A program made the position numbers and the translations under genes. From a virus, in the IMG/VR virus record IMGVR_UViG_3300045988_064271: 32,267 nt of DNA; one strand, given 5' to 3'. How positions within the stretch are numbered: position 1 is the first letter of the stretch; the number at the start of each line of letters is the position of its first letter. Below, piece after piece: positions 1-6,835 of the stretch. The notes beneath the pieces were generated by a model. The model saw nothing but the letters and a program-made list of their open reading frames with translations, did no database searches and was not told the DNA's origin.

Positions 1-99
1 CGTCTGTGCCGTTCTTTTGCAGCTGTACCGCCACGTCTCCTGCGGTGCCGCTCTCGACGGCAATGCCGTTAAACGCGATCTGATATAGTCCCGGTTTTC
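1..99. repeat. Terminal direct repeat, copy 1. It is identical to 32169..32267, so this is a circular genome written with a 99-nt overlap.
   Basis: The string cgtctgtgccgttcttttgcagctgtaccgcc...gatatagtcccggttttc occurs at 1..99 and again at 32169..32267 with no mismatch seen. An ORF stays in frame across the join. Confidence 0.95.
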
Positions 100-247
100 G
101 GATCGTCACGGATCCAGTGCCGTTTGCAAATTCCACGGCGCATCCGGTTTTCTGCGAATTGTTAAATTTTAAAACGTCATTTACTGCAGCCGCCTGGGCA
201 GACAAATTCCACGCCTGCAGCGTGCTCTTTTTGTAAATATTATTCAT
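1..247 (-). CDS. 5' part of a junction-spanning gene. The product is a 144-aa stand-alone BclA-C-terminal / C1q-TNF-like jelly-roll protein (tentative). It continues at 32168..31981.
   Basis: ATG at 247 sits behind a GAAAGGAAAGAG ribosome-binding site. Translation MNNIYKKSTLQAWNLSAQAAAVNDVLKFNNSQKTGCAVEFANGTGSVTIRKPGLYQIAFNGIAVESGTAGDVAVQLQKNGTD joins in frame to the 73-aa ORF at 31981..32202. The beta-rich pattern (PGLYQIAFNG ... LQKNG ... LTVKN) resembles BclA-CTD-type domains. Confidence 0.6.
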   Translation of the reverse strand, partial: MNNIYKKSTLQAWNLSAQAAAVNDVLKFNNSQKTGCAVEFANGTGSVTIRKPGLYQIAFNGIAVESGTAGDVAVQLQKNGTD

Positions 248-264
248 TTTCTCTTTCCTTTCTA

Positions 265-294
265 CGAAAAAAGAGCGGCATGACACCGCTCTTT
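265..294 (-). terminator. Rho-independent terminator after the 220-aa Gly/Cys-rich gene
   Basis: On the minus strand: AAGAGCGG-TGTCATG-CCGCTCTT followed by a T run. Confidence 0.7.
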
Positions 295-311
295 CGGGGT
301 GTAGCCATACA

Positions 312-974
312 CTAATAGCCGCCACAGCATCCGCTGTTTGCAGCGTATGGGCTGCAGGTGATGTATGCCGGTTTGGCAACAGGCTGCAGCTGATTGATCA
401 GGTATGCGTTCTGTGCGCACTGGCTGTTTGCCAGTTTTTCATCCTGCAGACGATCGCGCAGTTCCTGCATCACATTGGCATTGATCAGTGCTCTGGTGGC
501 TTCGCCTTCTGCGTGGATCGCGTTGGCGATCTCGCAGGTCTGCTGCGAATTTTCGTACCGAACAGCATCGATGTTGCGATTTGTTTCACAGCAACAGTTC
601 TGCTGTGCAAAACGATTCTCTGCTATTGCTCTTTCGGTGCCGAAAAAGCCCTGCTGCATCTGCGCGGTCTGGCCGGAAAATCCGTTCAGCATTTCGGAAT
701 TCATCGCATAGAATCCGTCGCACAATCCGTTCTGGATCCCCAGTACGGACCGGTTCAGATTATTGAAGTTGAATTCACTACACAGATCCGCCCTAGTCAG
801 TGCGCCCTGTGCGGCCGCGCCCTGATTTCCGAATCCGAAGCCGCCGCCACCGCCGCCCCAGGCGAGCAGGAAGAACAGCATCATTACCCACATCCAGGCA
901 CCGCCGTTGTCGCTATCCCCGCCGCCTACACTATAGACTGGCTGTGCTGCCGGGCTCATTGTTTCCATTCCCAT
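312..974 (-). CDS. Glycine- and cysteine-rich membrane-anchored protein of unknown function. The N-terminus has a YjcZ-like composition.
   Basis: 220-aa ORF with ribosome-binding site AAGGGGGA. One hydrophobic segment (AWMWVMMLFFLLAW) is flanked by G runs (GGGGGGFGFG). Ten Cys, including CCC and a C-terminal CCGGY. Confidence 0.7.
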   Translation of the reverse strand: MGMETMSPAAQPVYSVGGGDSDNGGAWMWVMMLFFLLAWGGGGGGFGFGNQGAAAQGALTRADLCSEFNFNNLNRSVLGIQNGLCDGFYAMNSEMLNGFSGQTAQMQQGFFGTERAIAENRFAQQNCCCETNRNIDAVRYENSQQTCEIANAIHAEGEATRALINANVMQELRDRLQDEKLANSQCAQNAYLINQLQPVAKPAYITCSPYAANSGCCGGY

Positions 975-999
975 GATCGTATCCCCCTTTCTTTAATAT

Positions 1000-1233
1000 T
1001 TATTTCACGCCGAACTGGCTGAAATTCTGTTTTAATTGTTCGAAATCAATTCCACGTTCCTGACACAGATTCCGCACGATCTGTTCGACCTGCTGCGGAC
1101 TTTTGCCCTGCGCCATCTGCATGGCGCGGCTGAACGTAGGATCACCGCTAAACATTTGCTGCATCATTTGCAGCGGGTTTTGCGCGGTTTTTAGCTGGCC
1201 GAACGCCTGCATCATTTGCATTGGATTTAACAA
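1000..1233 (-). CDS. Small Gln/Met-rich protein, unknown function
   Basis: 77-aa ORF with a TTG start at 1233, 7 nt after a strong AAAGGAGAG ribosome-binding site. It overlaps the upstream ORF by 86 nt in another frame. Confidence 0.55.
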   Translation of the reverse strand: MLNPMQMMQAFGQLKTAQNPLQMMQQMFSGDPTFSRAMQMAQGKSPQQVEQIVRNLCQERGIDFEQLKQNFSQFGVK

Positions 1234-1567
1234 TGTCGATCTCTCCTTTCAGCGCCACGATGGCAGACTCAATTCTCTGGAACCGTTCCTCGGTCGCGTC
1301 GGCGGCCGGAGGCTTAGGTCTTTGCAGTTCGTATGTATTCAGTATCGCCTTGCCGTCCATGCCTATTTGTTTTGTGTAAATTTTCCCGTTGGATAAATCT
1401 GCGAATACGGTGACGGATCCGTCCAGGTCGATCATTGTCCCCTGGGCTTCGTCTATAGATGTGACCGCCATGCACTTTAGCATGTTCTGCGGATTTCGGA
1501 ACTGTTCATACTGCTGCAGCCGCTGCGCTGGTGGCTGGTATGGTGGATAATATGGATTCTGAAACAT
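1148..1567 (-). CDS. Protein with a Pro/Tyr/Gln-rich N-terminus, unknown function
   Basis: 139-aa ORF with ATG behind GGAAAGGGGTG. N-terminus MFQNPYYPPYQPPAQRLQQYEQFRNPQ, then a globular-looking core. The C-terminal ~28 aa are low complexity and overlap the next gene. Confidence 0.6.
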   Translation of the reverse strand: MFQNPYYPPYQPPAQRLQQYEQFRNPQNMLKCMAVTSIDEAQGTMIDLDGSVTVFADLSNGKIYTKQIGMDGKAILNTYELQRPKPPAADATEERFQRIESAIVALKGEIDIVKSNANDAGVRPAKNRAKPAANDAANV

Positions 1568-1597
1568 TTATTTACACCCCTTTCCTATGTTTAGTGT

Positions 1598-1640
1598 AAA
1601 TAAAAAAGCGACCCTCGTTGTTCACGAAAAGGTCGCTTAA
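1598..1640 (-). terminator. Rho-independent terminator after the 76-aa HTH gene
   Basis: On the minus strand: AAGCGACC - 17-nt loop - GGTCGCTT followed by TTTTTATTT. Confidence 0.7.
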
Positions 1641-1643
1641 AGT

Positions 1644-1874
1644 TTACAAAAAGTTATTTAGTTTTTTGAGAATCTTTCGGTGTTTTGCCTTGACGGTCGA
1701 TTCTGACCATCCCAGCACATCTCCGATGTATGCAAGATTCTTTCCTTCCAGATAGTGAAGTCTCAAGATTGTTCTTTCGTCTTCTGTCAGGATGCATTGT
1801 TTTAAAATTTGCTCGAATTCTTCCACCTCACATATCTGCTGCAGCTTCCTGCGCGCTTCAATGTGATTTGTCAT
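1644..1874 (-). CDS. Small sigma-70 region-4 / LuxR-type HTH regulator
   Basis: 76 aa. The segment LTEDERTILRLHYLEGKNLAYIGDVLGWSESTVKAKHRKILKKL matches the region-4 HTH pattern. Ribosome-binding site TAGGAGAA. Confidence 0.7.
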   Translation of the reverse strand: MTNHIEARRKLQQICEVEEFEQILKQCILTEDERTILRLHYLEGKNLAYIGDVLGWSESTVKAKHRKILKKLNNFL

Positions 1875-1883
1875 AGTTTTCTC

Positions 1884-2207
1884 CTATTTTTTGAAAATGT
1901 ACTGTTCCAGCTCTTCCTTGCCCTTTTTTACTTCTCCAGTGTTGTTTCCAGTTTCGGCGTGAGTCAGCAGCAGGTGCAGGCTCTTCAGCATCATTTTCTG
2001 GTCTTCTTTGATTTCCCTCAAGATTTGATCGTGCTCATCCAGGCGCCGCTCGTCGTTCTCCAGGTACTTGGTGTGTTTTTGCATTTCTTTTTTCAGTTCG
2101 TTCGTTGGCTTCATTGCTGCTCCGATTGCTTTGGCGATATATGCGGCGGCGCCGCCTACTGCGGCGATCACGCCGCAGATTGTTAAAATCATTTCTGTGA
2201 TTCCCAT
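1884..2207 (-). CDS. N-terminally membrane-anchored coiled-coil protein in the lysis cassette (possible holin accessory or lysis regulator)
   Basis: 107 aa with an N-terminal TM segment (MILTICGVIAAVGGAAAYIA) and then a charged helical region. Ribosome-binding site AGGAGGG. Lies immediately downstream of the endolysin. Confidence 0.5.
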   Translation of the reverse strand: MGITEMILTICGVIAAVGGAAAYIAKAIGAAMKPTNELKKEMQKHTKYLENDERRLDEHDQILREIKEDQKMMLKSLHLLLTHAETGNNTGEVKKGKEELEQYIFKK

Positions 2208-2219
2208 GGCGCCCTCCTG

Positions 2220-2921
2220 CTATCCGATGTACTTTCTGCCATTTTGCACGGCGCACACGTATCCGGACGGGATCTGCAGCCATATGCTGGATCCGGATGC
2301 GACTACCCTCTGGCAGGTCACGCGCGTTCCAGATTTCAAAACGGCATATGTCTGATTTAACGCATGCGCTTTGCCGCCAGCCGTCAGCTCGCTTCGTTTT
2401 TTCTGGCGATATCCGGTTCCTGGGCCCGTGCGGACTTTCATGTTTGCTTTTAGCGTGTAGGTGCTGCCTACACGGTATCCGGACGAACTAGTAGATCCGG
2501 CCGGTTTATAATTTGCCAACCAGGTCTCCGGATTTTGCCATTTCCAGGTGGACAGACTGCGGACGCCAATGTGCAGGTGCACGCCAGTGCTGGATCCAGT
2601 GGTTCCGGCTACGCCGACTTTGGTGCCTTTGCTGACGCTCTGTCCCTGCCTAACAGATATGCTGTTCAGATGGAAATATGCAACAGCCACGCCCAGGCGT
2701 GGATATTTTACGTATACATAATTTCCGGCCGAACTGTCCCGGCCGCGTTTATAAACGACTCCCGATTCGATAGCGTGAACGGCTACCTTCCCACACCCGT
2801 AGTCTACGCCGTAATGGAATCTTTTCTTTTTTGTTCTCGGATGGATCCGGTAGCCATACCCGGATGTCTTCCGGTAGGATGCGCCCCCGAAGATGATCGC
2901 TAATGTGCTTGCTGTGCTCAC
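2220..2921 (-). CDS. Endolysin: M23 peptidase domain plus C-terminal SH3-like wall-binding domain
   Basis: M23 motifs HYGVDYG and TGVHLHIG. The C-terminal RVGSTYTLKANMKVRTGPG...IWLQIPSGYV is SH3_3-like. 4-nt overlap with the holin gene. Confidence 0.9.
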   Translation of the reverse strand: MSTASTLAIIFGGASYRKTSGYGYRIHPRTKKKRFHYGVDYGCGKVAVHAIESGVVYKRGRDSSAGNYVYVKYPRLGVAVAYFHLNSISVRQGQSVSKGTKVGVAGTTGSSTGVHLHIGVRSLSTWKWQNPETWLANYKPAGSTSSSGYRVGSTYTLKANMKVRTGPGTGYRQKKRSELTAGGKAHALNQTYAVLKSGTRVTCQRVVASGSSIWLQIPSGYVCAVQNGRKYIG

Positions 2922-3244
2922 TTCTCATCCACCTCGCTTTCGTGCTCTTCGGCTGCGGATCCGTCGCCGTTTGTGGCGGCCAGATCTTTGCCTTCGATCA
3001 TTTGCTTGAATGCCTGGTGCAGACCGACTGCGATGCAGCCACCCAGCGCGCCGCCAATGATCGCCGTGATCGCCGGTCCTTCCAGGCACGCCTCTGCGAA
3101 CGCGCCTATGATCGGCAGCACCGTCGGAATGATCCGGTTATCGGTCGGCAGCCATTTCTTGATGATGTATCCCAGAATCAAACAGCCTACGATCACGTAG
3201 CTGTTGACCGGGATCTGTGTGATGATTTCGTTTAAATTGATCAT
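2918..3244 (-). CDS. Holin (three predicted TM segments, charged C-terminus)
   Basis: 108 aa with three hydrophobic segments and the motif GGALGGCIAVGLHQAFKQ. Acidic tail. Sits directly upstream of the endolysin. Ribosome-binding site AAAGGAG. Confidence 0.85.
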   Translation of the reverse strand: MINLNEIITQIPVNSYVIVGCLILGYIIKKWLPTDNRIIPTVLPIIGAFAEACLEGPAITAIIGGALGGCIAVGLHQAFKQMIEGKDLAATNGDGSAAEEHESEVDEK

Positions 3245-3264
3245 GATTTACTCCTTTCTGATCT

Positions 3265-4344
3265 TCACTTCGTTCCTTTAATCCCATAAATCTTGTACGG
3301 GATCATCACGGAAGCGCTCGGACTGACGCTGTCGAATGTGATGTCCTGCGTATGGACTAAAAAAAACCGTGTATTGTTTCCATACGCATTAACTGCAGGC
3401 TGTCCAATCGGTACGATCGACGGTGGTGCTACGCGCCCGTTTGCGTCTAGTTTGAACAGGATTATGGCTAAACTATAACCGGAAAGATCCACATCTAGTT
3501 TTTGATTTGCAAATGCGCTTGTAGGGTTTGGATTTGTCCACACCGTTTCCATTTGTATCCCGTTTTTTTCATCTAGGCTTCTTACCCAGCCTTTTGATCC
3601 CGCGTACCATCCACTGGCATTTCCGGATCGATACCATACCGGGCTGTTTCCGTCGAGACCAACGAATTGTTGTGCCACGACAGATCCGCCCGCTGTGTAG
3701 TTTAGTAGCCATCCATATTTCATGGGCTGATTTGTTAGCATACCTTCCGTGCTGATGCGTGCCATTCCAGGCCCTGCTTTTCCCCAATTGGTTGGCGTGT
3801 CACCATTTCCGTTTCCGGTTAGAAATTTTAACGCATCGCTCGGAATGTTTATCGCTTTTTTTATCCCGCTCAGGCTGGTAAATTTCTGCGTCACCCCGGT
3901 CACGTTGATCCCGTCCAGGGTAACTTCGTAAAATGGCATGTCGGCGATCAGATCTCCGGCGTCCAGGTCTCCGGCAGTATAGGATGGTGCGACAGGTGTG
4001 CCGGTCGTCGGGGTGCCCTGGATCACGACCCAGTCTCCGCTCTGGACTTTTTGCTCTTCATTCACCGTCCAGCGGCAGACGATCAGGTCTTTTCGTTTCT
4101 CGCCCTGGGTACCGTTTGCGATAGTCACTTCGTCGTACGTGCTTGGTTCTACGCAAAAATACCGCCCCTGAATCATGCCGATCCCAGAGCGTATTTTTAC
4201 AGAATTATTGGAGCTGACTTCGGCGGCGAAGTTTTCAAAAAAGTTGAAAACGCAGGAATCTATTCCCGCCATCCCCCGGTGCCACATGGAATCTTGCAGG
4301 GGCGTGATGTGGGGCTCTTTTGCAGCATTCGTTATTGAAATCAT
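3265..4344 (-). CDS. Receptor-binding / tail fibre protein (putative)
   Basis: 359-aa ORF, last in the tail module before the holin. Gly/Asn/Thr-rich and beta-rich. ATGA overlap with the upstream gene. Confidence 0.6.
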   Translation of the reverse strand: MISITNAAKEPHITPLQDSMWHRGMAGIDSCVFNFFENFAAEVSSNNSVKIRSGIGMIQGRYFCVEPSTYDEVTIANGTQGEKRKDLIVCRWTVNEEQKVQSGDWVVIQGTPTTGTPVAPSYTAGDLDAGDLIADMPFYEVTLDGINVTGVTQKFTSLSGIKKAINIPSDALKFLTGNGNGDTPTNWGKAGPGMARISTEGMLTNQPMKYGWLLNYTAGGSVVAQQFVGLDGNSPVWYRSGNASGWYAGSKGWVRSLDEKNGIQMETVWTNPNPTSAFANQKLDVDLSGYSLAIILFKLDANGRVAPPSIVPIGQPAVNAYGNNTRFFLVHTQDITFDSVSPSASVMIPYKIYGIKGTK

Positions 4345-5027
4345 GCGCTAACCTCCTTCCATAGTGCCTCGGTGCCTACGACTCCAGGCTCCCATACGTT
4401 GCTATCGACCTGGGACTCCCACGTCTTTCCGCTGTGCTTCACCTTATCCCCTTTAGCGTATCCGTTAGTGCTCCCAGGCTGTTCCCAGTCTGGTATAACT
4501 TCCGGATCCGGATTTAACACTTTCGCCCACAAGCTCGGCGCGTCTTCCGGCGTCCAGGATGCCTGTGACGTGTGCGCCTGCAGGCACTTGTAAAGTGTGC
4601 CGTTTCTATTGACTTTGTATTCTTTTGGGTATGTCACGGAATCTGGCGACCATTCCGGGTACAGCGACTGCACTGTCATGGCATCTTCATCGTTCAGCGT
4701 TTGCGCCTGGATCTTTGCCACCTGCAGCGATGCCGCTATGATCTCTTCCTTTGCTTCCGGTGTGCGATCCGGTTTATAGTTTGTGACGCCGTAGATCTTG
4801 CCGGTGTACTCTTCGGTCCGGTAGAATTCCGTATAGCCGTCATACGTGGCAATGGTCTCGCCGTCGTCACCTTTTACCGTCATGCTCCGGGTTTTTACTT
4901 CGTCGGAAAAAATCGTCCGAAGATCTTCCGGCGCGGCGCTGATCGTCTTGATCGTCAGATAGTCTTCCGCTTCACTCGTGATCTGCTGGATGGTCAGCTC
5001 TGACAGGTCCGAAAATACGATTTTCAC
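4341..5027 (-). CDS. Tail-associated protein with two CBM5/12-type carbohydrate-binding repeats
   Basis: YKCLQAHTSQASWTPEDAPSLWAKV and GDKVKHSGKTWESQVDSNVWEPG...ALWKEV match the aromatic CBM5/12 (chitin-binding-like) signature. GTG start behind AGGAGA. Confidence 0.65.
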   Translation of the reverse strand: MKIVFSDLSELTIQQITSEAEDYLTIKTISAAPEDLRTIFSDEVKTRSMTVKGDDGETIATYDGYTEFYRTEEYTGKIYGVTNYKPDRTPEAKEEIIAASLQVAKIQAQTLNDEDAMTVQSLYPEWSPDSVTYPKEYKVNRNGTLYKCLQAHTSQASWTPEDAPSLWAKVLNPDPEVIPDWEQPGSTNGYAKGDKVKHSGKTWESQVDSNVWEPGVVGTEALWKEVSA

Positions 5028-6020
5028 TCAATCATCTCCTTTCAGCCGGTACTCGATCCCGGCTCTTCCGTTCTGTAGTGTGTAGATCTTGTTTATTATC
5101 GGCTTTTTGATGCTCATTCCGGTGATGTAGTCCCTGCCGCCGATGATGTCCCCGATCTGCATGTTGATGTCCGTCTTCGTGATGTCCATCGTGAACTGTT
5201 TTTGATTTGCCAGTTCCAGCAGCTTCTCTGTTCCTTTTTCGGTCAATTCCTCAGATTCGGCAGACGAAAAATCGTACACATCGACTACTTCCTGCAGCCC
5301 GGTGTAGTACTTCGTCGTCCCGACAGTTCCATCTTTTTGAATGTAAAGATGTAGCACTACGCGATCCTTCAGTTCGCCTTTTCCTAAACAGATCAGGTGG
5401 TTCACTCCGTTTTTTGTTTCTTCAAATGTGAACTGCAGGCGATTGTTCTGCGACAGTTCCACTTGATCGGAGTAGTCCGTCACGGGTACGGCTTGCATCT
5501 GCACGTATCCCGGTGCCAGCTCCTGGCGGATGTAATCGATCTGCAAGCGGTAATTTTTTGATGCCAGCAGTTTGTCGATGCCTTCCAGCAGAGTGATGTA
5601 CCGGTCGAATTGAAAACCTGTGACGGTCGTCTCCGTGGATCCTTCCGGAACTGCGATCAGTTTCCCCAGCCCTGCGGCTGTGATCAGCGTGCGCAGGATG
5701 TAGTTCAGTTCGCCAGAAACGATCTTGTAGTCTTCTCCGGCTGGTGGCTCGATGATCTTCTTGCTTAAAATTCCGCGCCAGCTTCTGCCTTTTAGGATGA
5801 TCGTCCCGTCCGACGTGTTCGTCTTTTTTCTGCCGATGATCCCGCCAAATTCTTCGTCTGTTACGAATATCCGATTTTCATTCGCAAACAGCTGCGGATC
5901 CCATGCGCCTGCCGGGATGGTCAGCTCGAAATCTTGCGTCTCGTTCAGATCGACATCCAGTTTTTTCAGATTCCGCGCCGGTCCCAGTTCGTTGCCGAAC
6001 GAATCAGTTACGATCACCAT
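5028..6020 (-). CDS. Tail tip / Tal-like protein (Sipho_Gp37-type N-terminal domain, no lysin domain)
   Basis: 330 aa, directly after Dit. Assigned by position and overall pattern (prophage tail endopeptidase N-domain-like). Confidence 0.65.
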   Translation of the reverse strand: MVIVTDSFGNELGPARNLKKLDVDLNETQDFELTIPAGAWDPQLFANENRIFVTDEEFGGIIGRKKTNTSDGTIILKGRSWRGILSKKIIEPPAGEDYKIVSGELNYILRTLITAAGLGKLIAVPEGSTETTVTGFQFDRYITLLEGIDKLLASKNYRLQIDYIRQELAPGYVQMQAVPVTDYSDQVELSQNNRLQFTFEETKNGVNHLICLGKGELKDRVVLHLYIQKDGTVGTTKYYTGLQEVVDVYDFSSAESEELTEKGTEKLLELANQKQFTMDITKTDINMQIGDIIGGRDYITGMSIKKPIINKIYTLQNGRAGIEYRLKGDD

Positions 6021-6835
6021 GCCGGTTCACTCCTTTCCTGGTACAGCGTCAGGTCGAATCCGAAATTTCCGTTCCATCCGATATCTATGGTTCCGCCGGG
6101 TATTTTTTGGAACACGGAATTTTCTTTTGCCTGTTTATCCCAGATGTTTCCGACAGTGCCGTTGCTTCTGTTTTTTGTGATGGTCAGATCCCGTGAGTTG
6201 ATCGTGGCGTATTCGCCAGTTTCTACCGTGTCCAGGATCTGGTACGGATGTCCTGCGATGTTGATCCGCGGATTTACGCAGGGACCGTATATGGTCAGTT
6301 TGAATTCAGACGGTGCAAAATGCCCGGTGCTCCACCTGGCGGCTCCCTTAGATCTTCCGGCGTAATTGTATGGGTAATCATGGGGGTAGTTCAGCCCGCC
6401 TTCCTCCGTCTCGGATCCGCCCGCGAAGAACTGCCGGAACGCCTCTTTGATCCAGAAGGCTCTCGGCGCTACGATTTTCATCTCGCGCTGCGCTCCGAAA
6501 AACTCTTCGCTCGGTGTGGTGGTCGCCGAAATGATGTTGCACTGGATGTAGTAGTCGCCCCAGTACAGCTTGCCTCTGGCCTTATTCACGATGTCGTATT
6601 CGGTGATTTCCAGGATTCGATTCAGCTGCTGCGCACGGTCTGCAGATCTTGCTGCTACGATCATGTTCAGTTCTAGCGGGTCCTTTGTGTATTCTTCGAT
6701 GTCTATACCGTAGTCCTGGGATGTGCCTTCGTATTTCCATTCGTATGTGTGAAAATTTCCCTCGAAGATCTGGGTCTCGAACGACCGGAAATCGATCGTT
6801 TCGTTTTGGGAATTCACATATTTTAGTTGTTTCAT
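6014..6835 (-). CDS. Distal tail protein (Dit)
   Basis: 273 aa immediately after the tape measure gene, with an ATGA overlap. Siphovirus tail component pattern. Confidence 0.75.
   Translation of the reverse strand: MKQLKYVNSQNETIDFRSFETQIFEGNFHTYEWKYEGTSQDYGIDIEEYTKDPLELNMIVAARSADRAQQLNRILEITEYDIVNKARGKLYWGDYYIQCNIISATTTPSEEFFGAQREMKIVAPRAFWIKEAFRQFFAGGSETEEGGLNYPHDYPYNYAGRSKGAARWSTGHFAPSEFKLTIYGPCVNPRINIAGHPYQILDTVETGEYATINSRDLTITKNRSNGTVGNIWDKQAKENSVFQKIPGGTIDIGWNGNFGFDLTLYQERSEPAW

Noticed and set aside
1-99. The 99-nt terminal repeat, considered as a biological direct terminal repeat or cos end
   Set aside because: An exact 99-nt overlap with a gene reading through it is what an assembler produces for a circular molecule. 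The HNH/P27 packaging module predicts cos ends elsewhere.
3265-5027. A diversity-generating retroelement or other hypervariation system acting on the tail fibre genes
   Set aside because: No reverse transcriptase gene and no template/variable repeat pair could be found anywhere in the window.
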